A model generated the notes under the pieces. It searched no databases. It worked only from the letters and a program-made list of their open reading frames with translations, and was not told the origin of the DNA. A program made the translations under genes and the position numbers. DNA of 60,253 nt, the filler included. It is 4 parts of 4 records of this genome, joined end to end, with 100 filler letters (N's around TTAATTAATTAA, not from the genome) between each part and the next. Parts side by side here need not be neighbours in the genome. Positions count along the whole stretch, not along the records: positions 21,266 to 33,884 come from SRR20825006_2508; positions 33,985 to 45,516 come from SRR20825006_2510; 2 more parts are not named here. One strand, 5' to 3'. Shown here one piece after another: positions 31,330 through 40,526 of this stretch; the stretch's first letter is position 1; every line of letters starts with the position of its first letter.

Positions 31330-32397
31330 TTAAATAGGTTTTCCCTCAAAATAGTTTACTATTAAGGCCACCATATAGTTATAACTCAAAATTCCACGAC
31401 TTTGGTTATTAGCTTTTAAGAAATTATCCCAAAACAATTTAGAAAACGTTTCAAAAGGGTTTTCATAAGCCTCCCAAAAGTCACGCATTTCTTGATAACT
31501 CTTCAAAATCCCTGGGTTTATTGTTTTTAAAAGCTCATAATATGCTGCTTCGTCATTTTGCGCAACCTCATTTATTAAATACCGAAGCGTAAAAATAGAA
31601 CCTGCATATTGTATATACGGATCATCATTATTTAAAGTCGCTAACGTTGCAATAAAGTTCGCCTCATTTTCTGCAGCATACCCTATTTGATGCGCTTCTT
31701 CATGGCAACCAACCACAGGAAACTTATACGTTTTAATAAGGCTATTTACTTGTGCCTCACCCGAAAAAGGATTTAAATAACCACTATAACCCATATACGT
31801 TAGCCCCAAACTCCAACTACTTTTTTTAAGACTTCTTTGCGAATACGTAAGTTGAGGAAACTCTTTTTCTAAATTTTTATAACCGTTTAAGGTCATAGAA
31901 AGCATTTCTTGTTGGGAATAAGGCATGTCAATTTTTACACTATCTGCAAAACCCAGTTGACGATGCATTGTATTGCTTTTTTCTATGAATTTATGTGTTG
32001 TTGAAAGCAATTGCTCGTATGAATATTCACTATTTAAATCAAGCGATTTATGAAGCGGAAGTCTATAATAATTAAACCCCCAAAGTATATGAAACATAAA
32101 ATATACTATCGAGAAAGTAGCCGTAACATCCAGCAAAACACGGATTGGCTCAAAGCGCAAGCGGTAAAAGTTTTTATAAATCCATCGAATTGCTAGAATT
32201 GCAATTAATAAATAAAAAATATCTCCAACTGAAAACGGAATCCATCCAAATAAAAACCGAGATACTTTTGAAAGAACTGGATAAAACCCTAAGCTGTAAT
32301 ATTTTTCTACAAATTCAGGGAAATGTTTTAGAATTTGAAGAAAAAAAACCTGCACAGGAATCAAAATTGTGAGGATTAAAGCGGTTCGTCTTTGCAT
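31330..32397 (-). CDS. DUF3810 family membrane-anchored zincin-like protein
   Basis: PFSVGD, LWGFNYYR, GYLNPFSGEAQVN, HEEAHQIGYAAENEANF. Confidence 0.85.
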   Translation of the reverse strand: MQRRTALILTILIPVQVFFLQILKHFPEFVEKYYSLGFYPVLSKVSRFLFGWIPFSVGDIFYLLIAILAIRWIYKNFYRLRFEPIRVLLDVTATFSIVYFMFHILWGFNYYRLPLHKSLDLNSEYSYEQLLSTTHKFIEKSNTMHRQLGFADSVKIDMPYSQQEMLSMTLNGYKNLEKEFPQLTYSQRSLKKSSWSLGLTYMGYSGYLNPFSGEAQVNSLIKTYKFPVVGCHEEAHQIGYAAENEANFIATLATLNNDDPYIQYAGSIFTLRYLINEVAQNDEAAYYELLKTINPGILKSYQEMRDFWEAYENPFETFSKLFWDNFLKANNQSRGILSYNYMVALIVNYFEGKPI

Positions 32398-32567
32398 AAA
32401 TCAAACATACAAAGGAATTCTTTCACCACATAATTTTTATAGCCGTTCCAAATCCGTAATTTTGCGGAAATGTGACATCGAATTCACAAACTTTATTCAT
32501 TAAAAAGAACACATTGATTTGTGTATTCGTAATTACTTTTAATTCACAATAAAATTAAACTGAAACA

Positions 32568-33884
32568 ATGAACGAAGAAATAAGAAACCTTGAGCCCAAA
32601 GCCCTTTGGAACAAATTTGCAGACCTAAACGCTGTACCACGTCCTTCAAAGAAAGAAGAACGTGTAATTGCTTTTATGAAAGATTTTGGTAAAAACCTTG
32701 GTTTAGAAACAATAGAAGACGAAGTAGGAAACGTAATAATCCGCAAACCTGCTACCACAGGGATGGAAGACCGTAAAATGCTTGTATTACAAAGCCATTT
32801 AGATATGGTTCACCAAAAAAATAACGATACTAATTTTGATTTTGACACACAAGGAATTGAAATGAAAGTTGATGGCGATTGGGTTCGTGCAAATGGCACA
32901 ACACTAGGCGCTGATAACGGTTTGGGTGTTGCAACTATCATGGCGATTCTTGAAAGTAACGAAATTGAACACCCAGCAATCGAAGCGCTTTTTACAATAG
33001 ATGAAGAAACAGGGATGACGGGCGCCAAAGGATTAAAAGGCGGTTTGCTAAAAGGCGATATTCTTTTAAATCTTGACACGGAAGAGGATGACGAAATTGG
33101 CGTAGGTTGTGCAGGTGGTGTAGATGTAACCGCAACAGGTACTTATACACAAGTTGATGCATCAACAAGCGCTGTTGCTTACACTATTAAGGTAAAAGGC
33201 TTAAATGGCGGTCATAGCGGAATGGATATTATTAAAGGTTTGGGTAATGCAAACAAACTGATGAACCGAATTCTTTTTGCTACAAAAGATGCTATGCAAC
33301 TTGCAAAATTAGAAGGCGGAAGTCTTCGAAATGCAATACCTCGTGAAAGCGTTGCGTTAGTTGCGGTTTCTTCTGAAGAAAAATTTTATTCAGAATTTGA
33401 AAAGATAAAAAAAGGAATAGCTTCAGAATACAAATCATTGGAGCCTAATCTTTCAATTACAGCTGAAAAAACGGATGATACTTCCGCTAAAGTGATGACA
33501 GCTGAAGACCAAGGATTATTTTTGAATGCAATGAATGCGGCACATAACGGAGTTTATAGAATGAGTCCAGATATTGCTGATTTGGTTGAGACTTCAAATA
33601 ATATTGCGAAAGTTTCAGTTGAAAATGGAAGCATTAAAGTTGAATGTTTAACACGAAGCTCTGTAGAAACTTCTAAAGACAGTCTTGCAAATGCGCTTAC
33701 TTCTGTTTTTAATCTTGCAGGATACGAAGTGAAACTAGCTGGAGATTACCCAGGTTGGGCACCAAATATGGACAGTCCAATTTTGAAGGTTTTAGATAAT
33801 CTTTATCAAAAAATGAATGGTGAAAAAGCGAATGTTGCGGCATGCCATGCAGGATTAGAATGTGGAATTTTAGGGCAAAATTAT
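32568..33884 (+). CDS. pepD: Aminoacyl-histidine dipeptidase (M20), truncated by contig end
   Basis: LQSHLDMV, TTLGADNGLG, DEETGM, NLDTEE, HAGLECG; runs into the N spacer. Confidence 0.95.
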
Positions 33885-33984
33885 NNNNNNNNNNNNNNNN
33901 NNNNNNNNNNNNNNNNNNNNNNNNNNNNTTAATTAATTAANNNNNNNNNNNNNNNNNNNNNNNNNNNNNNNNNNNNNNNNNNNN
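33885..33984. other. Artificial contig-joining spacer
   Basis: 44 N + TTAATTAATTAA + 44 N. Confidence 0.97.
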
Positions 33985-34023
33985 ACCAGGCGGTCGGAGG
34001 TTCGAATCCTCCCGGGCGCGCCA
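33985..34023 (+). tRNA. 3' half of a tRNA, most likely tRNA-Arg(ACG); anticodon lies outside the contig
   Basis: ACCAGGCGGTC-GGAGG-TTCGAAT-CCTCC-CGGGCGC-G-CCA gives a T-arm, acceptor 3' strand and encoded CCA. Closely resembles gammaproteobacterial tRNA-Arg(ACG). Confidence 0.85.
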
Positions 34024-34040
34024 AAAAAGTAAATATAAAT

Positions 34041-34075
34041 AAGCAGTTATCCGCTCAGCGGTAACTGCTTTTTTT
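34041..34075 (+). terminator. Rho-independent terminator after the tRNA
   Basis: AAGCAGTTA-t-CCGC-tca-GCGG-TAACTGCTT followed by a T-run. Confidence 0.8.
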
Positions 34076-34119
34076 GTGCCTTGTTCCATAGATACTCATC
34101 TGTCCCATAGATTCAACCT

Positions 34120-34557
34120 TTACCTAAACTTATTCACAAAATTACACGACTGATCACGCTGGTATTGGTTAATACTATTTGGGTCTTTTCTATATTGTTC
34201 TCGCCAAAAATTACACGTTTCCATAGCCTGTCTTAAGCCTGCTTCTCTTTTTTCATTCTCCAATTTTCTTTTGGCTGCTTTTTCAGCATTTATAAGGTTT
34301 TGCTCTTCAAGTTTGATTCTCTGTTCTTCCAGCATTCTTTGGGATATCTCTCTATCCCTTGCTACCTGCTTATTCAATTCGCTTATAGCTATCTTCACAA
34401 ATAGGTAATCAATACCTCTTTGCGTTGTCCATGCTGCCATTGAGCCAAGAAATACACCAAGAGTAATAATGAGCATCCACCTAGATACAGAGCTTCTGGG
34501 TTCTGTTTGAAATCTTGCTCGATTAGAACGAATATCATCATCCAAATTGACGTCCAT
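34120..34557 (-). CDS. Hypothetical single-pass membrane protein with coiled coil and C-terminal Cys pair
   Basis: TM segment WMLIITLGVFLGSMAAW; E/K/R/Q-rich helix; TCNFW...QSCNF. Confidence 0.7.
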   Translation of the reverse strand: MDVNLDDDIRSNRARFQTEPRSSVSRWMLIITLGVFLGSMAAWTTQRGIDYLFVKIAISELNKQVARDREISQRMLEEQRIKLEEQNLINAEKAAKRKLENEKREAGLRQAMETCNFWREQYRKDPNSINQYQRDQSCNFVNKFR

Positions 34558-34619
34558 ACATAACTCTTTTTAATTGTAGGTTGCGTTCATCGCTCATCGG
34601 GGGCTCTTCGCTCTTCACT

Positions 34620-34991
34620 TCCCCCCGGTGAGACGGGGTAATGACCTGTGCCTTTCTCCTGTATAGACGATCAGTGATTGCCGAGGAAGAATGACCAAGT
34701 AATTGCTGTGCTCTTTCCAGGTCATTGTCAGATGCTGACTTTTGCCCTGAGATCGTGCTCTGTAAATCTCTCTTCCAGCTTCGTTTCCTTTAATGCTTTT
34801 TTCATGAACCTTTGCCAAATACTATCAAAGGATTGATATAGCACTCGCCTTTACGTTTACAAAACAGCCATTCTGACTGAATATTTTTTCTATGCGCCTT
34901 AACAGACCCAACGGATGCGCGCAGATCATCCGTCCATCCATAGGATGACTAATTTACCTGTTGTGCCCTGTGTTTTACGCGGAGTGAAGTG
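34620..34991 (-). pseudogene. Tyrosine recombinase (phage integrase) C-terminal remnant with three frameshifts
   Basis: Joined frames read HFTPRKTQGTTGKLVI / YGWTDDLRASV...WLFCKRKGECYIN / SFDSIWQRFMKKALKETKLEERFTEHDLRAKV / ASDNDLERAQQLLGHSSSAITDRLYRRK, giving catalytic K, HxxR, LLGH and Tyr. Confidence 0.88.
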
Positions 34992-35319
34992 TTTTACTAA
35001 TCTCGGACACATTTCAGGAGGAGAGTCTGGCGGTCGCAATCTCCACTGTTCATCTGATATTGCACTACTATGAATGGATAGAGTCTTGATACTAAAAAGC
35101 GTTTGAGTCTTTTTAAATAAATACTATTTAGTGACAGGCCACTAACTGACTAGTTGTAGAGACAACAACAAATCTGATTTTCATATATGTTTATTTTTAT
35201 TTTTCACAAAGATTTCACATAAGTCCGTTGATATTCATCAACAAAACATGAAATAAATATATACATATTTAATATAAAAATTAAATGCTGCCCTAATACA
35301 CATAATCGCAACTAACAGG

Positions 35320-37509
35320 ATGTTATTTATGCGTATCCCTGTTGCAACAACTTGTCTGTTCTCACTGTTAATTATTTCGATGTTTCTGACACAGTCTGCT
35401 TATGCCGCTGTGAAAGATAAAATCATATTCGGAGGTGACAGCTCCGCCGCCCCTTTTGAGTGGGAAGAAGGAGAACTGGAGAAAGGTTTTATTATTGATC
35501 TTGTAAATAAGGTTACTGAAGCAAGTGGGGCTAACGTAGTTCACAAATTAGGTGATTGGTCTCAAATGAGTAAGGCGTTAGTGAAGGGAGATATTGATGT
35601 TTTACCTATGTATATTTCCGATGACCGTAAAAATCGTTTTTTATTCAGTTCCCCTTTCTATTTTGTCGAACACGCAATCTATACCCATACTCCAAAAAAA
35701 GAGTTAGTTTCATTGGATATACTTTCACATCAGTATGTTGTGGTCGAAAAGTCCTATTTCGCTCATGAAGAACTTCTTAAAAATCACCCTGAAATAAAAT
35801 TTATTCTGAAGGATTCAACCCTATCGGTTTTGAAGAGTCTTAAAGAAGGTGAGGCAAAATACGCCATTCTTGCTATCCCTGCAGCTTCCTATTTAATTGA
35901 TAAAAAGAACTTTGATATTTCAGCTGTTAGCTCCCCTATTTGGCCAAGGGGGTATGGCTTTGCTGTAAGAAAAGACAAACCTGAACTAGCTAACTGGATA
36001 GAAAAAAATCTCAACCTGGTATTAACTTCTGAAAGTTATCACGAGGTATATCAAAAATGGCGTAGTCAATTAGAGCCCGAACGCTTGACCAATACTGAAA
36101 TTTTAAAAAAATCTATATTAATCATCTTTCCATTGTTTTTAATAATTTTGTTTGGCTACATCTGGTCTTTGAGCCTGAAACGTCAAGTCAACAACAAGAC
36201 AAAAGAAGTTCGTCAACAACTGGAGCTGAAAGAAGTTGCAGAATCAAAACTTAAATACCGCTCGAGACATGATCACTTCACAGGCCTTCCTCATCATTTC
36301 TATGCTATCCAGCTGGGAAATCGCATTCTTCAAAATAATAATGACGAGAAAGAAGTCATTGTTCTTAAATTGAATGACTCAGAAATCAGGACGCGGATTT
36401 TTGGACACCAGGTAGAGGAAAAATTTATTAAGACCTTTGCCGAACGTCTGACGCAATGCGGATTTGACGTTAGCTCTTACATGGGTAGAGGTGTTTTCAG
36501 CATTATCTCATCCAAAAATAGATTCAAAGAAAGCATTAATAAACTGTGTGCAAAAATATACTTAAATAAGCTCGCTTTTCATCCACAAGTTTTATGTGGG
36601 ATTGCCACCTCGCCCGATGATGGCATCACCGCAGAGGAGTTAAGCAGGAAGGCGGAAGCTGCCTTTGCATTTTGTTGTGATAGCAAAAAGGGCTGGTACA
36701 GCCATTATTCTGAGAGCATGGAACCTAACAAAGATGATCTGCAAATCCTCTCTGAATTCAGAGAGAGAGGTACCGCCGATATGTTTGTAATGTTACAACC
36801 CCAAGTTGACTTAAAAACCGGAAAGATAACGGGAGCAGAAGCACTGATAAGATGGAAATCAAAGGAATTGGGGGATGTACCGCCAGGAAAGTTTATTCCA
36901 CTTCTTGAAAGTGCGGGAGTTGTAAGTAAGCTTACTTATTTCATGATAAATGAAGTAATAAAAATATCAGTTAGATTAAGACAAAGTTTCATTACAGATT
37001 GTCCTTTGAGCATAAATGTCTCAGCACAAGATTTTACACAAATAAATTTACACTCGCTCTTCAATGAAGCACTTGAAGAACACAAAGGACGAGCAAGTGA
37101 AATTAAACTGGAACTCACAGAAACAAGCATTGCTGAAAATCCAGATGAAGTTAAAAGTACCCTAAAAGAATTGGGTCATATGGGAATATTCACCTCTATT
37201 GATGACTTTGGTACTGGATATTCTTCGTTATCCTATCTTAGTAGTTATCCCATTAAGGAGATAAAAATAGACAGGACATTTATTCATGATATGGCCTCAA
37301 ACAGTCGCCACAAGACCATTGTTATATCAACCATAGCTATGGCTCATGCACTTAATCTTTCGGTTGTTGCTGAGGGTGCTGAGGATAAGGAAACAATGGA
37401 AATTCTAAAAGCGGAAGGTTGTGAATATCTGCAAGGATACGTTATATCTAAACCACTTTCTGAGATCGATTTCTTATCGTTTTTTAACCAGAGAATGGCT
37501 AAAAACTAA
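35320..37509 (+). CDS. Periplasmic-binding-domain sensor, degenerate GGDEF, EAL c-di-GMP phosphodiesterase
   Basis: Family 3 SBP-like N-terminus (APFEW...GFIIDL...YGFAVRK), TM, HDHFTGLP then MGRGVF in place of GGDEF, intact EAL, INVS, ELTE, DDFGTGYSS, IKIDR, EGAE and QGY motifs. Confidence 0.9.
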   Translation: MLFMRIPVATTCLFSLLIISMFLTQSAYAAVKDKIIFGGDSSAAPFEWEEGELEKGFIIDLVNKVTEASGANVVHKLGDWSQMSKALVKGDIDVLPMYISDDRKNRFLFSSPFYFVEHAIYTHTPKKELVSLDILSHQYVVVEKSYFAHEELLKNHPEIKFILKDSTLSVLKSLKEGEAKYAILAIPAASYLIDKKNFDISAVSSPIWPRGYGFAVRKDKPELANWIEKNLNLVLTSESYHEVYQKWRSQLEPERLTNTEILKKSILIIFPLFLIILFGYIWSLSLKRQVNNKTKEVRQQLELKEVAESKLKYRSRHDHFTGLPHHFYAIQLGNRILQNNNDEKEVIVLKLNDSEIRTRIFGHQVEEKFIKTFAERLTQCGFDVSSYMGRGVFSIISSKNRFKESINKLCAKIYLNKLAFHPQVLCGIATSPDDGITAEELSRKAEAAFAFCCDSKKGWYSHYSESMEPNKDDLQILSEFRERGTADMFVMLQPQVDLKTGKITGAEALIRWKSKELGDVPPGKFIPLLESAGVVSKLTYFMINEVIKISVRLRQSFITDCPLSINVSAQDFTQINLHSLFNEALEEHKGRASEIKLELTETSIAENPDEVKSTLKELGHMGIFTSIDDFGTGYSSLSYLSSYPIKEIKIDRTFIHDMASNSRHKTIVISTIAMAHALNLSVVAEGAEDKETMEILKAEGCEYLQGYVISKPLSEIDFLSFFNQRMAKN

Positions 37510-37635
37510 TTTTTCTCGCTGTATCCGCTTCAGTTCAACCCCATTTTGATAAGCCTACTGGACTCGCGCTTTGCCGGTAAACTCTTTTCCCTTTCAGTTG
37601 AGATAGCTGTCACTTCAAATAAACATTGTCATACA

Positions 37636-37675
37636 TTTGGTTATCTCATAAACTTATATAAGTTTATTAACCAAA
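37636..37675. promoter_or_regulatory. Palindromic operator candidate upstream of the cysB-like gene
   Basis: Perfect 20-bp palindrome ATAAACTTATATAAGTTTAT (37648-37667) flanked by TTTGGTTA / TAACCAAA. Confidence 0.5.
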
Positions 37676-37691
37676 AAAATAAGGTGAAGTC

Positions 37692-38609
37692 TTGCAACTC
37701 CATCAACTAAGATATGTTAGAGAAATAGCCAGAAATGATTTGAGCATTTCCAAAGCGGCGAAATCACTCAACACATCTCAACCCAGTGTCAGCAACCAAC
37801 TTCAGCAATTAGAAGAAGAGCTCCGTTTAAAAATATTTGAACGAAGAGGAAAGCGCCTTGTTGCTATTACAGCCATGGGGAAAACAATTCTAGAAATTGC
37901 AGAGAGAGTGCTTCACGATATTGATAATCTGGAAAGCCTTGCTGATGAAAGTCATGATGAGGAACACGGAACTCTAACCATTGGCACTACCCAAACGCAG
38001 GCATTGTATGCTCTCCCCAGCTCGATAAAGACCTTCTCTGAGCGTTACCCAAAAGTCCATCTGAATATGCTGCAAGGCACGCCCAGAGAGATCTCGGAAC
38101 TTGCTGCTGAGGGTGAAATAGATTTGGCTATTGCAACGGAAACATTAGATCAAAACCCCGCTCTGGTCACTTTCCCATGTTATGACTGGAACAGAACTAT
38201 CGTTGTCCCTGACAAGCATCCCCTGTTATCGGAAAAGATACTCACTTTGGAAGCTGTCTCTAAATATTCAATTCTCACCTACTTGATGAACTTCACTGGC
38301 AGAGGCCAACAAGATCAGGCTTTTAAAGATAGAGGATTAACGCCCAATGTAACTTTTACTGCTTCAGATGCTGATGTAATTAAAAAATATGTAGGCTTAG
38401 GCTTGGGGATTGGGATTATTGCGAGCATGGCATTCGATGCCAAAAGAGATAGGCCATTAAGAGGAATTGATGCAAGTCATCTCTTCAAGCCCAGTACAAC
38501 ATTACTGGCATTTAAAAAAGGCACTTATCTTCGTGGCTACGCCTACGCGTTTATTGAATACTTTGCACCGCACCTGACTAAAGATGTTATACAACGGAAA
38601 CTGACATAA
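37692..38609 (+). CDS. CysB/Cbl family LysR transcriptional regulator
   Basis: QLRY...TSQP, AIATE, PCYDWNR, FTGR, FTASDADVIKKYV, FAPHLT all align with CysB. Confidence 0.92.
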   Translation: MQLHQLRYVREIARNDLSISKAAKSLNTSQPSVSNQLQQLEEELRLKIFERRGKRLVAITAMGKTILEIAERVLHDIDNLESLADESHDEEHGTLTIGTTQTQALYALPSSIKTFSERYPKVHLNMLQGTPREISELAAEGEIDLAIATETLDQNPALVTFPCYDWNRTIVVPDKHPLLSEKILTLEAVSKYSILTYLMNFTGRGQQDQAFKDRGLTPNVTFTASDADVIKKYVGLGLGIGIIASMAFDAKRDRPLRGIDASHLFKPSTTLLAFKKGTYLRGYAYAFIEYFAPHLTKDVIQRKLT

Positions 38610-38633
38610 TCATCTGTAGCTCTTCAGCACTCA

Positions 38634-39902
38634 TTATGAGACACGCCGGACGCTAGGCATATCATTTTTAAGATAAACAACGATAACAATATTAGATAAG
38701 ACCATAGAAACAAACACCAGAATAAATGAGCTGACAGTATCCTCGAAAATTAAGGCCATAATGCCAAAAATTATGGCCGCGAACATGTAACCAATATCGC
38801 GCCAAAATCTGTAAATGCCAATAGCAGAGCTTCGTATGCTCGCAGAGCTCAAGTCTGCTACCGCAGCACTAAGGTTAGGGTACAACAAAGCCATCCCTGC
38901 CCCCGTAAGCACTGAACAAAAGCTCCACCAGATAAGTCCCTCACCGAAGAGGTTGAGTATTACACCTAAAGCACATATGAACATACCCGCTACAACCGGT
39001 AACCATCTTCCAACATGATCCGAAATCCAGCCACTGAATAGCTGTCCACCTCCCCATACAACACCATAACAAGCCACCACCCACCCTATCTCAGTCAGTG
39101 ATAAACCACTCTTAAAGAGGTAAAGCGGGTAAAAAACCCATATTAGTGTATCGACAAATTTCTCAACCAATCCTGCCTGGCATAGCGCCATAAGGCTTTT
39201 ATTTTGCCAGGAGACGTAGTAGATTTTCCCCAGCATTGTCTGTCGACCAGCTTTATCACCAGCTTCTGCCAAATGGGATGACATTATGCCAGCTGTGGCT
39301 GTGGCGGGTGACCTCTCTGTCAGTGCCACATCTCGAACCGTTATCATCGCCATTGCAAGACCTAAAAAAATAACCAGGATCATGAATACAAAAAGCGCAA
39401 ATTTTGGTTCTAAAGACACGGCCATATAGGCAGTGATAACACCGGCTAAAGCCACCCCCAGATAGCCAGAAAACTCATTCAAGCCCATGGCATGTCCACG
39501 TCGAGCGTGGTGCACAATATCCATTTTTGCTGACTGAGTCATTGACCAGGTTAATCCCTGATTAATCCCCAGAAATATCAGGCTCAGGACAACACCGCTC
39601 CATTTGTCTGAAAACAATAAAATGACTGGTGCAGGGATGCCGAAGATCCATCCCGCTAGTAATACCTTCTTGCGGCCAACCAAATCAGAAACTAGCCCGG
39701 CTCCAATATTGGAAAAGGCTTTAAATAAACCAAAAGCCACCACTAAGGTGGTTATTAACAGTAAGGAGTTATTTGATAGATGATATTCAGATTCGGCAAT
39801 AACCGGTAGTACAGTTCTGACACTACCTGCAGCCATGCCTACAAGAAATACCTGGATAAGAAGGTATAGAAATTGTGTGAAGTATGATGGTCTGTCGAAC
39901 AT
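38634..39902 (-). CDS. MFS transporter
   Basis: SDLVGRKK, LGINQGLTWSMT, AMGLNEFSGY, IGIYRFWRDIGY; 12 TM. Confidence 0.9.
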   Translation of the reverse strand: MFDRPSYFTQFLYLLIQVFLVGMAAGSVRTVLPVIAESEYHLSNNSLLLITTLVVAFGLFKAFSNIGAGLVSDLVGRKKVLLAGWIFGIPAPVILLFSDKWSGVVLSLIFLGINQGLTWSMTQSAKMDIVHHARRGHAMGLNEFSGYLGVALAGVITAYMAVSLEPKFALFVFMILVIFLGLAMAMITVRDVALTERSPATATAGIMSSHLAEAGDKAGRQTMLGKIYYVSWQNKSLMALCQAGLVEKFVDTLIWVFYPLYLFKSGLSLTEIGWVVACYGVVWGGGQLFSGWISDHVGRWLPVVAGMFICALGVILNLFGEGLIWWSFCSVLTGAGMALLYPNLSAAVADLSSASIRSSAIGIYRFWRDIGYMFAAIIFGIMALIFEDTVSSFILVFVSMVLSNIVIVVYLKNDMPSVRRVS

Positions 39903-39981
39903 ATGGGCTATACCATCAAGAAATCAAGAATAGCTGAGTGGCATCGCCACAGCTGCTATGACTTGTTATTTAGTTTGCCTT

Positions 39982-40368
39982 TTACACTATCTCAGTTCGC
40001 CGTGGCATCAGATACCACAGCACAATCGCTACTAAAAATAATGCAGGGACATCCCCCATAAGATTGGCCCGGTCGCTTTCATCAACTATTGCCTGGACAA
40101 GCATAATTCCACCATGGACAATACTTGACCATATCGTAAACCATATCAGACTTGCATTAGCGAGCGGATCTTTGGCAGCCAGGAGCAGAAAAACGCCCAG
40201 GGTCATATATATACCCATTATCATTTGTTCATATTCTGGCTGTGATGGTGTCCAACTCCATCCGTCTGGCCAAACCCACATCATCATCGCTGGCACGCCG
40301 ATGGTAAAGATGAGTCCGAACAAATAAAGCGCCGCTTTCAGATAACTCAGTTTCTTTTGCTCATTCAT
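39982..40368 (-). CDS. Small 4-TM membrane protein, DUF6632-like
   Basis: WPDGWSW...YEQMIMGIYMTLGVFLLLAAKDP...SLIWFTIWSSIVHGGIM...GDVPALF. Confidence 0.75.
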   Translation of the reverse strand: MNEQKKLSYLKAALYLFGLIFTIGVPAMMMWVWPDGWSWTPSQPEYEQMIMGIYMTLGVFLLLAAKDPLANASLIWFTIWSSIVHGGIMLVQAIVDESDRANLMGDVPALFLVAIVLWYLMPRRTEIV

Positions 40369-40434
40369 ACGATATCCTTTCTCTTGTTTTATCGATATTG
40401 ATAAAGAACTACTTGAAACAGGCTAAGAGAGTAA

Positions 40435-40468
40435 ATCGGATACTAGCGAGTACGCACTAGCATCCGAT
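40435..40468 (-). terminator. Stem-loop downstream of the FadL-like gene
   Basis: ATCGGAT-a-CTAG...CTAG-c-ATCCGAT. Confidence 0.45.
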
Positions 40469-40526
40469 GAGTTCAGCCAGCGACAAATAAGCATTAATAC
40501 TGACATGCTGTAATAAGATCCGGCTT

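Noticed and set aside
34615-34818. 67-aa ORF from the ORF track
   Set aside because: Off-frame shadow over the integrase pseudogene; the integrase motifs are in the other frames.
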